64,000 bases of DNA from Octopus vulgaris (Eukaryota): positions 40,548,001 to 40,612,000 of the forward strand of contig OX597838.1 of the NCBI GenBank assembly GCA_951406725.2, written 5' to 3'. Shown one piece after another: positions 42,101 to 55,257 of the stretch. Every line of letters begins with the position of its first letter. Positions within the stretch are counted from its first letter, which is position 1. The notes under the pieces were generated by a model, which did not search any database, was not told the origin of the DNA, and worked only from the letters and a program-made list of their open reading frames with translations. A program made the position numbers and the translations under genes.

Positions 42101-42423
42101 ACACACACAAATACATACATAGAGACAAACAGACAGAAAGGAGAGAAATATAGTGACTCATCCATTTCCATATATACGAATCCACACACGCATATACAGT
42201 TATTCATAGATAAATAAACATAACGGACACATAGATACAGCATATATTAAAATGACAACAATATATACAGACATAGCGTAAATATATATGAACACGTATT
42301 ACTCATGCAAGAGCAAAGATCAGGGAGTCATGAACCAAACCCAGCACAACCCACACTCAATGGACCCAGATTAAACGCCCTGATCGGATATACGTATTCA
42401 GATACATACTGAACAGGCAAGGT

Positions 42424-42458
<35 letters not shown>

Positions 42459-42714
42459 GCGCATTAACGCATTCGTACGTAAATGTTGTTGAGTTGAATC
42501 GTTGAAGGGTCGGGCAGCCACTTGGGCTATTGAGTTACGCGCTTTTTTTACGTCCACGAATTAGATTTTACTTTATTCTGCGGGATTTTTTTTAATAAAG
42601 AGTTGTAAGTTCAGTAGTAAGTTCAATATAACTGACCCAGCAACAGAAATTTCAAACTTCTCTCTTTAAGATACAACTATTATTATAAAGAAACATACAC
42701 CCAATAGAAATCAC

Positions 42715-42750
<36 letters not shown>

Positions 42751-42809
42751 ATGTGTGTGTGTGTGTGTGTAGTTTGCAATGTTTCACCAAATAGAATTAT
42801 AACTGTTAT

Positions 42810-42874
42810 TAAATATGACTAGAGTATTAGAAACCCCTACAATGTAGGGGTTTCTAACACCCTAGTTACATTTA
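42810..42874. repeat. 65-bp imperfect palindrome with a perfect 15-bp inner stem
   Basis: TTAGAAACCCCTACA-A-TGTAGGGGTTTCTAA core, extended by transition-type mismatches. Confidence 0.85.
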
Positions 42875-42875
42875 G

Positions 42876-43610
42876 TGCTCTAAAGAACCAAATTGATCTC
42901 AACAGCAGTGAGAAAAAACCGTTGAGAGTACCAACTAAAGATTTCATTACCTTCGTGTGCTCAGGTCAGCGGATCCGTTTCAAGAAGAACAAGAAACTTC
43001 CTGTGAGAGAAGAAAAGTGAAACGGCTATTGGAAGGGGACTGCAGATTTTCCAGGGTGCCAGGGACTCTTTCCAATCCCAGTTACGAAAGAACTGGTCAT
43101 TTTAATGTGGTGTGAAAGAAAGAAAGTTGTGAATCTAATCGAGTTAACGGTTCCTCATGAAGATAACATGGATGCCACTCGGGCTCGAAAGATTGACCGT
43201 TATGTAAACTTCCTCGAGAAATGTGAAGAGGCAGACTGGAAAGCGGAACATTTTCCTATCGAAGTCGGATGTGGAGGGTTTGTTGGACACAGCGTGAGAC
43301 GACTGTTGTTATCGTTAGGCCTAACTCATCGTAAGGTAAATACCACCATGACCGATATCCGAACTACAGTGGAGAAGGCGAACCACTGGATTTGATTACA
43401 AAGAGACGATGAGCGAAGGCTAGAGAAATATTGAGTTATATTTAATAACCAGTGGATCTAACAAGCAAGGCCTCATATCAGTGAGGGGGGATGCGTATTG
43501 ATGCCGTCGAGAGGTAGGCCCCGAAACGGCATGCATTCTCTCCTGATGACCCCATACACTTGCTGGTTTCCGGTATGCGGAGTTCTCGACTGGTAGCACT
43601 TGCATGTGCA
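42876..43610 (+). mobile_element. HERO/NeSL-like RLE LINE 3' fragment (endonuclease domain plus structured 3' UTR)
   Basis: Single-frame ITFVCSG...W...FP...MWCERKKVVNLIELTVPHEDNM...RKIDRY...FPIEVGCGGFVG...EKANHWI*LQR. IELTVP, PIEVGCxGF and W(I/L)W are hallmarks of HERO-type RLE domains. Confidence 0.85.
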
Positions 43611-44759
43611 TGTTGTTTGCAAGACACACACATATATAATATGTATACAGACACACACCACCTCGCCTCTCCCTCCCTTCCTAACCCCCCTCCATAGAGC
43701 CGTATGGGCGTCTAACCATTTTTTCTCGAACACCGTTTCTTTTTCATCATATATTTCCTACCGCCTTTTCTTTTTTTCTATTATTTGTGATGAAGAAGAA
43801 CTAGATTCCGAAATGTCAAGTCTCTATCTCTTTTTTTAAGCGTTAAACTAATACAGCATTTGTTAAGACTTGTCCTTCCATGTTATCTTTTTTGTGCTCA
43901 TTGCCTAATGTATATATGTGTGAGTGGGTGTGGGGATGTTTGGTTAGGCGTTTGGATGGGTGTTTGGGTGTGTACTTGTGTGTTTATGCGAGTGTGTGTA
44001 TGCATAGAACACGCCCAAAAATTACTAATAGTTTCCAATTGAAAAACAGGGCCAGCCATTTTGAGGAGAAGGGCTAATCGAAACGACCGACTCAAGTATT
44101 TGACTGGTACATTATTTTTATCGACCCAGGGACAATGAAAGGCAATTTTTAAAAATTGCTGGATTTTAACTCAGAACGTGAAGACTCAGAAAATACCGTG
44201 AACCATTTTTTTTTTTTACGCTGTCATATGTTTTCCACTTACATATATGTGTGGGTGGGTGTGGGGATGTTTTACATTTCCGAAAACTGTGTCTTGAGAA
44301 TTCCTATATGTTTTACTACAGTTCCAATTTATGATACTCTAATCATTTATGCTGTTGTTGCAGTTTAGCCCTAGGCCACACCTCGAGGAACATATCTGTA
44401 GCCAAGAATATCCAAGGTCTAACTTGTCTTCTCTTTTTGTCCTTTCTTTGGGGAGGGAATTCATCCAGGCCCACATTAAATAATGCGATTTTATTTTTCA
44501 GACATTAAGATGTTATTTTATGGAGACTTGGCTGCTATCTCTAGCACATTGAGTGACCACATTCAATGAGTGACCTCCAATGGCTCTCTCTCTCTCCCAC
44601 TGGTGTAAAATCACGCACAAACAGACTCACACAAACACACGCTCATTCACTTATATGAACACCTACATATTCTCACACATCAGGGATTCAATATCCGTGA
44701 AAAAAATCCAGTTTGAAAGATTTGAAAGACATCAAATGCCAACGTTATTCAACCGCATA

Positions 44760-45266
44760 TACGTGGTCTAGTCAATAACTACCCGAACTGTTATAGTAAC
44801 GAAGCTAAAGCACGCAGTGTAAAGCCGCTTGGCACAGATTGACCTTAAACGCTGCTATGCAAGCTCACAAAGTTTTAACGTTCTCGCTCACTTTCACTGT
44901 TTGCAGCAGTACTTGGAAGAAAGGTGTGTAGCGTGTGATCGTCGCATTGACAGAGAAAGTTGTCATGGCGATACCTGCTTTGAAGCCTGCGCAAAGTTGC
45001 AGAAAGTGTAAGGAGAGGAGTGTATGAACCACATACAAGTTTACGAGCGGTTCACACGTTTCCAAGATAGCCGAAAAAAGTCTGACGTACGCAGGATACT
45101 GACGTACGCAGGAGTGGCTGTGTGGTAAGTAGCTTGCTAACCAACCACATGGTTCCGGGTTCAGTCCCACTCCGTGGCATCTTGGGCAAGTGTCTTCTGC
45201 TATAGCTTCAGGCAGACCAAAGCCTTTTGAGTGGATTTGGTGGACAGAAACTGAAAGAAGCCCGTC

Positions 45267-45305
<39 letters not shown>

Positions 45306-46056
45306 TTTGTGTGTTTGTGTATCTGTGTTTGTCCCCCTAGCATTGCTTGGCAACCGATGCTGGTGTGTTTACATCCCCGTCACTTAGCGGTTCGGCAAAA
45401 GAGACCGATAGAATAAGTACTGGGCTTACAAAAGAGTAAGTCCTGGGGTCGAGTTGCTCGATTAAAGGCGGTGCTCCAGCATGGCCGCAGTCAAATGACT
45501 GAAACAAGTAAAAGAGTAAAGAGAGTAGCTCCGAGAGACCTGCAGCCAGCAGAAGTGAGAAAAATATCACAAATGTGCATGCAGTTGAGAGGAAATCGTC
45601 GAATCCCCATCCGTGAGTTATCAGAGGATGTGCAGATTAGTTGCGGTTCAGCTCAGTCCATTCTCACTGAAAATTTGAGAAGCGTGTCTGCCAAGTTTGC
45701 GCCAAAATTGCTTTCAGCTGACCAAAAAGAAACTCGGGTTTCAATTGCACATGAATTCCTTGATTGTGTTGATAACGATGAAAATGTTTTGAACACTTTG
45801 CGCATCTCGAAGCTTTTGGCAAAATTTGATGCAGACTCTCTGCTCAACTTTCTCTGTCATGGTCAATGCGAAGATCACACGCTACACACCTTTCTTCGAA
45901 GCACTACTGTAAACAATGGAAGTAATCTAGAACGTGAAAATTTAGTGCGCATGCACCACAAAGTTTAAGATCAAACTGTGCCAAACGGCTTCACTCTGTG
46001 TGCGTTAGCCTCGTTACTGTGACAACAGTCCGGATACTTATTGATCAGACCTCGTA
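44760..46056 (+). mobile_element. Mariner-derived non-autonomous element with long (about 230-bp) inverted ends, interrupted by SINE A
   Basis: TA-flanked ends TACGTGGTCTAGTCAATAA and TTATTGATCAGACCTCGTA. Transposase N-terminal remnants GDTC.EA.AKLQKV*GEECM..QVYE and IRELSEDVQIS..SILTENL..VSAKFAPKLL..QKETRVSIA. 45815-46056 is an inverted copy of the 5' end. Confidence 0.88.
45108..45527 (+). mobile_element. SINE family A inserted in the mariner element
   Basis: Full family A pattern, preceded by a duplicated CTGACGTACGCAGGA. Confidence 0.92.
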
Positions 46057-46173
46057 TAGACAGCATCCATTCTATACACTTAAGGGGATGGATGCATACA
46101 TTGTTTACCTGTTTCAGTCATTGAACCACAGCCATGCTGGAACACCGCCTTCAAGTCTTGATATATATATATA

Positions 46174-46672
<499 letters not shown>

Positions 46673-47003
46673 CGGCATAGAATAAGAGACCGATAGAATA
46701 CTATCTGACTAACGTACATACAGGCGTATGCGTGGTTATTTATATCATGTACAGGAGTGCGCGTGCGTAGGTGTTTGTGTGTGTATACATATGATCTCCA
46801 AAACCACACACACACACATACACACATATAGAGAGAGAGACAGGGACAGAGACACACCGATAGATAGTTTGCGTCTATCAAATCCATTTATAGGCCTTTG
46901 GTTGGGTTGACCCTAAGCTATAATTTAAGACACTTGCCTAAGGTACCATGCATTGGGACTCACAGACAGACATGAGTCCATATATATATATATATATATA
47001 TAT

Positions 47004-47416
47004 AGGTGCAGGAGTGGCTGTGTGGTAAGTAGCTTGCTGACCAACCACATGGTTCCGGGTTCAGTCCCACTGCGTGGCATCTTGGGCAAGTGTCTTCTAC
47101 TATAGCCTCGGGCCGACCAAAGCCTTGTGAGTGGATTTGGTAGATGGAAACTGAAAGAAGCCCGTCGTATATATGTATATATATATATGCATGTGTGTGT
47201 TTGTGTGAGTGTGTTTGTCCCCCTAGCATTGCTTGACAACCAATACTGGTGTGTTTATGTCCCCGTTACCTAGCGGTTCGGCAAAAGACCGATAGAATAA
47301 GTACTGAGCTTACAAAAATAATAAGTCCCGGGTTCGAGTTGCTCGATTAAAGGCGGTGCTCCAGCATGGCCACAGTCAAATGACTGAAACAAGTAAAACA
47401 GTAAAGAGTAAAGAGT
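47004..47416 (+). mobile_element. SINE family A, full length
   Basis: Family A pattern. Confidence 0.92.
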
Positions 47417-47617
47417 ATATATATATATATATATGTTTTTAGAAAAAGGAGGTATTTTGGATAATTCTTTATTCGCGCTTACGTTCGTTTATCGAACTCG
47501 TCAAGACAAAATGTCTTGTGTAAAAGAATTATCCAAGATTTTGACTGCCTCCTATTTCTCAATATACAATAACTCTATACCATTTCAAACGCTGTATACA
47601 CACACGTGTGTATGTGC

Positions 47618-47669
<52 letters not shown>

Positions 47670-48119
47670 GTAGATATATTTTGTAAGTATGTATGTGTAT
47701 AATATATGCACGTGTACTAAACAAAGAATGTAGACACTTGCCAACATGTATTTCTGTAACTTCTGCAGCTCCTACCAACACACCCAGTCAACCATATTAT
47801 GCACACCTCACACTACATCTCTCACGATTCTACACACACAGCTTTATACGCCCGTAAGTACACCAGCACAAGCATACTGAAAACATACATAGGCTACGCA
47901 AATATAGTTTAACAACACTCACTCGCTCTAGCACGATCCAGCAAAGAAATACATTAATATCCACCCATCCATCCATCGATCCATGCACTTGAACGTGTAC
48001 ACACGGCTCTCTGTACCCGCGAATACAGGACATACACGACGTACAAAATCCAAATATATTTAACAACATTAATTCTAATTCACTCAAGCACAAGCCAACT
48101 CAAACATACCATATATATT

Positions 48120-48178
<59 letters not shown>

Positions 48179-48179
<1 letters not shown>

Positions 48180-48531
48180 GGCGCAGGAGTGACTGTGTGG
48201 TAAGTAGCTTGCTAACCAACCACATGGTTCCGGGTTCAGTCCCACTGCGTGGCATCTTGGGCAAGTGTCTTCTGCTATAGCCCCGGGCCGTCGCATATAT
48301 GTATACATGTATGTGTTTGTGTGTCTGTGTTTGTCCACCTAGCATTGCTTGACAACCGATGCTGGTGTGTTTACGTCTCCGTAACTTAGCGGTTCGGCAA
48401 AAGTGACCGAAAGAATAAGTACTGGGCTTACAAAGAATAAGTCCCGGGGTCGATTTGCTCGACTAAAGGCGGTGCTCCAGCATGGCCGCAGTCTAATGAC
48501 TGAAACAAGTAAAAGAGTAAAAGAGTAAGAG
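48179..48531 (+). mobile_element. SINE family A with an internal deletion of about 50 bp
   Basis: GGGCCG joins directly to TCGCATAT; the ACCAAAGCC...GAAGCCCG segment is missing, with CCG microhomology at the junction. Confidence 0.9.
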
Positions 48532-49269
48532 TATATATATATACGTGTGTGTGTGCGTATGTGTGTGTGTGTGTGTTTGTATCTATGTATGCAATAAACA
48601 TACTCATATATACATCAAGCATACTCACACACACACAGGGTAAGACATAACGTATTACAGAGGAAGCGCTACAAATTCGAGCGACAATCCATTCATCGAT
48701 CCTGCTGCTACCAACTCACACTTCCCTCCCTCCCTCTTTTCCCCCCACCCCCCTCCACATCAATCCATAATGTCGGAACTATCAGCCGGCGGCGTGCCCT
48801 GCAACGCAATGCAACAGCGTCGCCGCTCAACAACACACTCGAACACGGCTAAATTATTAAGCAACATTAGTAGCGTCACTAGAGGCGCTACTGCTGTCCA
48901 AATTGCAATTATCATTGGTCCGGCCAGCAAACATGTCCTCTTCAGCATCTCTCCCAACCTCCTCACGCTTCTCGCTGGTGTTTGCTTTAGTTTTCTTCTT
49001 ATCTTCTTCCAGAGAATCTTTCATTGGATTCCTGCAACTTTATTTATATCCAAGATTGGTTCAGTTGGTTTCGGGATTGAAACTCGGAAATATTGATTTT
49101 ATAACGAATAATATACTCGAGAATACTATCTGACTATCGTGCATACAGGCGCATGCGTGGTTATTTATATCATGTACAGGAGTGCGCGTGCGTAGGTGTT
49201 TGTGTGTGTATACATATGATCTCCAAAACCACACACATATATAGAGAGAGACAGGGACAGAGACACACC

Positions 49270-49356
<87 letters not shown>

Positions 49357-49459
49357 GGATGGATTTCGTTTTTGTATTCAGTGTACAAGATTCTTTCTGT
49401 GAAATCGTATGTTGAAGCATATTTTGTTTTGCCTGGCGAAATCATTCCGTTTTAAGGCG

Positions 49460-49567
49460 AAATATATATACGTATATATACATACATATTCCCGAACATA
49501 TATACATAAACATACATATATACTAATTTATACATACACATATACATATATATATATATACATACAA

Positions 49568-49600
<33 letters not shown>

Positions 49601-49656
49601 TATACATGTACATACAAATATATACATATATATACTTATATATACATACATATATA

Positions 49657-49692
<36 letters not shown>

Positions 49693-49803
49693 CATATATA
49701 CATATATATACATATGTATATATATATATATATACACATGCATACATATATACACATACGTATATAGAAACATACATACGTATACATATACGTATATATA
49801 TAC

Positions 49804-49846
<43 letters not shown>

Positions 49847-50117
49847 TATACATATATATATACATACGTATATATATATATATACATATATATACATATA
49901 TATATACATACGTATATATATATACGGACGTATATATACATACGTATATATATACGTACGTATATATACATACGTATGTATATATATATATATATATATA
50001 TATACATACGTATATATATATACATACGTATATATATATATAAGTATGTATATATATATGAATATATACATACGTATATATATGTATATATATATAAAAG
50101 AGAGAGAGATACGTATA

Positions 50118-50155
<38 letters not shown>

Positions 50156-50178
50156 CGTATATGTTTATATATATCATG

Positions 50179-50213
<35 letters not shown>

Positions 50214-50627
50214 GTATTTATATACATACGTATATATATATATACATACGTATATATATATACATACGTATATATATATATATATATACATACGTATATA
50301 TATATACGTACGTAGAAAGAGAGAGAGAGATACGTATATATATATATATGTATATATATATGTATATATATATATATATATACATACGTATATGTTTATA
50401 TATATGCATGTATATAAATATACATATATATATATATATATATATATGTATTTATATACATACGTATATATATATACATACGTATATAATATACATACGT
50501 ATATATATATATATATATATACATACGTATATATATATACGTACGTATATATACATACATACGTACACTTACATACGTATATATATATATATATATATAT
50601 ATATACGTATGTATATATATATATACG

Positions 50628-50670
<43 letters not shown>

Positions 50671-50753
50671 ACGTTTATACATAAATGCGTATATACATAC
50701 ATGCGTACATGTATGCATACATACATACATGCATACATGCATACATACATACA
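49460..50753. repeat. 1.3-kb (TA)/(TACA)/(TACG) compound satellite
   Basis: Seen directly; it explains the 495-aa and 452-aa pseudo-ORFs. Confidence 0.95.
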
Positions 50754-51128
50754 CTTTCCTCTTCTCTGGTTCTGAATTTTCGCAGCATCCATCGAGCCAG
50801 TCATCTGCACTTTGTCGCCATCCTGGTAATGTGCACTTGGAAAGAAGTATCATCACTCATGTCGATACCCAGGTCCCTCACCGATTCTGGCTCTAGGATT
50901 GAAATTCCCTGTGGACCAGCGTACCTTGTAAGTTTCATGTTCAGTTTCGGGCTTGGAATTTTTGTGCATTCAACGGCATAGTATTATCCTCAGCCGATCT
51001 GTAAATTGAGTCCAACTCCTGCTGCAAATGATCAACATCGCTGAGATTCTGTATTTTCTGCGAGATTTTCGTATAGTCTGCGTAGCGAGTAAGTGTGGCT
51101 ATCCGGGCTGTTGAGGGCATTTTATCTG
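50754..51128 (-). mobile_element. CR1-group LINE RT fragment (YADD region)
   Basis: Minus strand reads [68 protein letters not shown]. Confidence 0.88.
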
Positions 51129-51538
51129 ATCAAATTCATCCTATGTTTGCGGAACTGTTTCCAGAGGGAAATGCAATCTTTCAGGATGATAATGCACCAA
51201 TTAACACAGCAAAAGCTTTTACTGAATGACACGAGGAACATTCTAGTGAAGTTACCTTATCTGGCCACCACAGAACCCCAGATCTCAATATTATTGAACA
51301 TTTATGGTGAATTTTAGAAAAACAAGTAAGAAGTCGATATCCTCTACTGTCATCACTACAAGAGAAGGAGTCTGTTTTAGCTGAAGAATGAACAAAAATT
51401 CCATTGGAAGCAATTCAAACTTTGTACGAGTCCATATGTCGTAGAATTCAAGCAGTAATTACTACTAAAGGCGATCCTACCCCATATTAAAATAAATTTG
51501 AAGTTTTAAGGTGTTTCCATTATTTTGTCCAACCCCCG
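51125..51538 (+). mobile_element. Tc1-like transposon 3' fragment with terminal repeat
   Basis: HPMFAELFPEGNAIFQDDNAP, WPP..PDLNIIEHLW, RRIQAVI..KG.PTPY*. Ends GGTGTTTCCATTATTTTGTCCAACCCC, similar to the 27324 end. Confidence 0.88.
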
Positions 51539-51973
51539 TGGTGTGTGTGTGTGTATTATATAGCTAAATATTAATATATAGCTAAGTACTATATATAGCT
51601 AAGTACTATAATATAGAGAGAGTATCTAGTGTATATGGATGGGTATTGGGCAGAAAGGCTCGACGTGTGTAATCCTTCGATGTCTGGTGACAAGGGCAGT
51701 CAGGCATAACATCATGGTCAGATTCAGCTCTTTTGACCTTATGCCTGCCAGCGTTTAGACACATGCACACACACACACAAACTCATGTGTACCTGTGCGT
51801 GCTTGCCTGTATACATTCAGGCACAGAGGTGCGTGCGCCCACTCGCACACACATACCCACAGACATAGGTCGTCTTGTCAATAGGCACAGGCATCCATTC
51901 ATAGGCATCCGTATACATATTGGTGTCACTCTGCTCAAGTACACGTATGTATATATGTGTGTGTGTGCGTGTG

Positions 51974-52007
<34 letters not shown>

Positions 52008-53878
52008 TGTTTTCATATTTATATTCATACATGCACAGGTATGTGCACGCACGCGTGCACACAAACACATATGTTCAGCCAGGGGGCATTTCTGAAGCCC
52101 AAATTGCATTTTGTTGTCTCTTAGTCGTATGTCCTGGTGGCTATTCAAACGTCTCTAGACGTACAATACAGCAGCGTATTGTGATTGTTGTCACACGCTG
52201 GGCGTTCGTGCGGTACCTGGTATTTTGACATTAGATATAAACCCATAAACATCAGTCTAGGTCCAGCTATTGTGTGCTTAAGGAGTCCGCTTCGCAACCA
52301 AATGGTTTGTGGTTCAGTCCTATGGCGCAGCTCTTTAAACAAATCTGTTCCACTGTACCTCCGGGTAGAACACTGCTTTCTAAGTACATAGGCCAGAAGA
52401 AAAAAACAGTATGGAAGTTCGTTGTATATAACTTTATGTATAAAGTAAAAAGGTGATGAATGACCGTGGGAGTGCATCTAGAAAGTTCCTCTCCGGGGCA
52501 CAAGTCTGGGCAAGGTTGTTTTATGGAAGAGCAGCAGTGGCCCATGCACACCGGCCTCCCCCGTCCTCCACGCCACCGATGTTATCCAAAGGAAAGATGA
52601 AGGCTGATAGAGTCGCAACTCATTTCTACAGCCGAGTGAACTGGAGCAACGTGAAACAAAGTGTCTTGCTCAAGAACACAACACACAGCCCGTCCCGGGA
52701 ATTGAAATTACTACCTCATGGTTGTAAACACGACGCTCTAACCACTGAGCCGCATATACAATGTGTGTGTTATTTGTATATTTGTGTATGTCTTTGTTTT
52801 CGTCCACACCACCACCACCACCGCCACTTGACAACCGGTGCTGGTTTCTTTATATCCTCATAACCACGCGGATAGAATAACAAACAGGTTTTTTTTAAAT
52901 TAAATACTAAGGGATAATATTTCGACTAAACCGATCGAGACGGTGCCCCAGCATGACCACAATGCAGTGATTAAAACAAGTAATGGGTTAAAGGCAATAA
53001 GGCTTCACTTCTTGAAGATTCATTGATGAGTTTGAAGACAAAACAACGAAGTGGTCCCATCCTTAAAGAATTGCAAAAACGATAAAAAAAAAAAAAACGC
53101 TTTGTCTGCTATTTGTTCCGGCACTTTACATATCGCGTTCAAATTCCACTGGGATCATCTTATCTTTTCATCCTCCCGTGGTCGATAAAATAAATTTCGA
53201 GTCATCTACTAAATTCGATGGAATCAACTAACCCCCTCCCCTTAAAATTTACTCTTCTTCTGCCTTAATTAGGAACCAATATTAAATCCGAGGACAGTTT
53301 ATAAACAGATTCTATCGGAACTCTGAAAATCTGGAAGAATTCAAAAGAGAACTTAATGTTTTTCCGGTTCTGTTCGACGCCCACCTCGAACACTCGGAAT
53401 TCTTCGCTACTATTACAAATAAGTGGCATAACGCCAAAGTAAGAATATAGTCTTATTTCTCTATGGAATAATGGTTAATATTCATTCCCAACACAACAAC
53501 AAACTTACATATTTTGTGGCAAACCTACAGGCTATCATTGCCTCCTCTGGTACATCACGGGGACTTTAGGTGTGTGTGAGGGGGGGAGGGTTATCGGATC
53601 GCGGATAGATGAGAAGCAAAGTCTATTTAGGCGTGATTCAAATTGGGAGAAGGCATTTGCTCTCAGACCTCTACATACACCCGCTGGTTTGTGCAACAGG
53701 GTGTATTCTATTAACCGTACCCACAAAGACCAGATGGTGCTGTTCAAACAAAATGGTCTAAAAATATCAAGTTTTTATTTTAAACTAAAGAATTTAGATG
53801 GTTCTTAGAGATATGTTCCTCAAGAGAATTACCAAGACAAGTATACACATGCGCTCATACACACACACACACACACAC

Positions 53879-53921
<43 letters not shown>

Positions 53922-54055
53922 AATGTATATATATGCACAAATGTATATACACATACATACGTGTTAACATGCATATACTGAAACGGGTACATATATATAA
54001 ATATGTATGTGTGCATGTGTGTTTATATATGAATGCAAACACACACACGTGTATG

Positions 54056-54122
<67 letters not shown>

Positions 54123-54544
54123 ATGTATGTATATATACAGAAGAATTGCTTTTCATGTGTCTTTACTTTCACATTCCTCACATCTAACAGTCAAATCCCC
54201 GTTGGCTCCAACTTCTTCTGGCCTCATCGTTTCGAAAAGCAAAATGTTGGCACATTCTTCAGTTTCTGCCGATGCTTTTCTTGGACGATTATCTTGCTGG
54301 AACAATCTCTATAAATAATCTCCATGTATCTTCTGAAATGAAATCTTTTTTCTTTTCTTTTTTCTCTCAAAGAAGTCATTAACACATGTGGTATTCGTTA
54401 TTAATGGAGAAATTCGTCTTTATTCATTTAGTTTAAAGCCTTTTATCTCTTTCTACTTCCCATACTTGCACACACTCACACGCACGCACGCATCACGTTG
54501 GTGAACAGTAGCGTCGTCTCATATTGGTTACCAGTTCTGGGATG

Positions 54545-54894
54545 GAAGCACTCCGAATCAACGGAACAGCCTGCTCGTGAAATTAACGTGTAAGTGGCTG
54601 AGCACTCCACAGACACGTGTACCCTTAACGTAGTTCTCGGGGATATTCAGCGTGACACAGAGAGTGACAAGGCCGGCCCCTTGAAATACAGGTACAACAG
54701 AAACAGGAAGTAAGAGTGAGAGAAAGTTGTGGTGAAAGAGTACAGCAGGGATCACCACCATCCCCTGCCGGAGCCTCGTAGAGCTTTAGGTGTTTTCGCT
54801 CAATAAACACTCACAACGCCCGGTCTGGGAATCGAAACTGCGATCCTATGACCGCGAGTCCGCTGCCCTAAACACTGGGCCATTGCGCCTCCAC
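54545..54894 (-). mobile_element. SINE with family B head and body but a different 3' module
   Basis: 54715-54894 matches family B. 54545-54714 is unrelated to the family B tail. Confidence 0.85.
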
Positions 54895-55199
54895 AAATCA
54901 GACGAAACGCCGCACTGTAGTTTGCCTGGAGTGCTAATGATTCAGCCAGCCCATCGCCTTTACCAGTTCTATCATATCTACGGCGATGAGCCTGCGTGAC
55001 CAGGGGCAGAAGAATAACTACAAGGGTCTGAGATCAAAAAGTTATGAGTCCGTTGTTTTCTTTTGGTCGTCTTTTGGTTCTTGTTTTTTTCTTCTCTTTG
55101 ACGCTTCCATCGACGTGAAAGAAATGCTCACGCATCAACTATGCAAGGCTGAGTGCACCTATGCACATGAGCGCACCAACATAAACGTACGTGTGAGCA

Positions 55200-55257
<58 letters not shown>

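Noticed and set aside
49409-50896. 495-aa and 452-aa ORFs, and all other YI/HT/CV-rich ORFs
   Set aside because: They are translations of TA/CA microsatellites that lack stop codons by composition.
51705-51748. Hairpin CAGGCATAA...TTATGCCTG as a pre-miRNA
   Set aside because: It has a 6-nt asymmetric bulge and a short 3' arm, and matches no miRNA I recognise.
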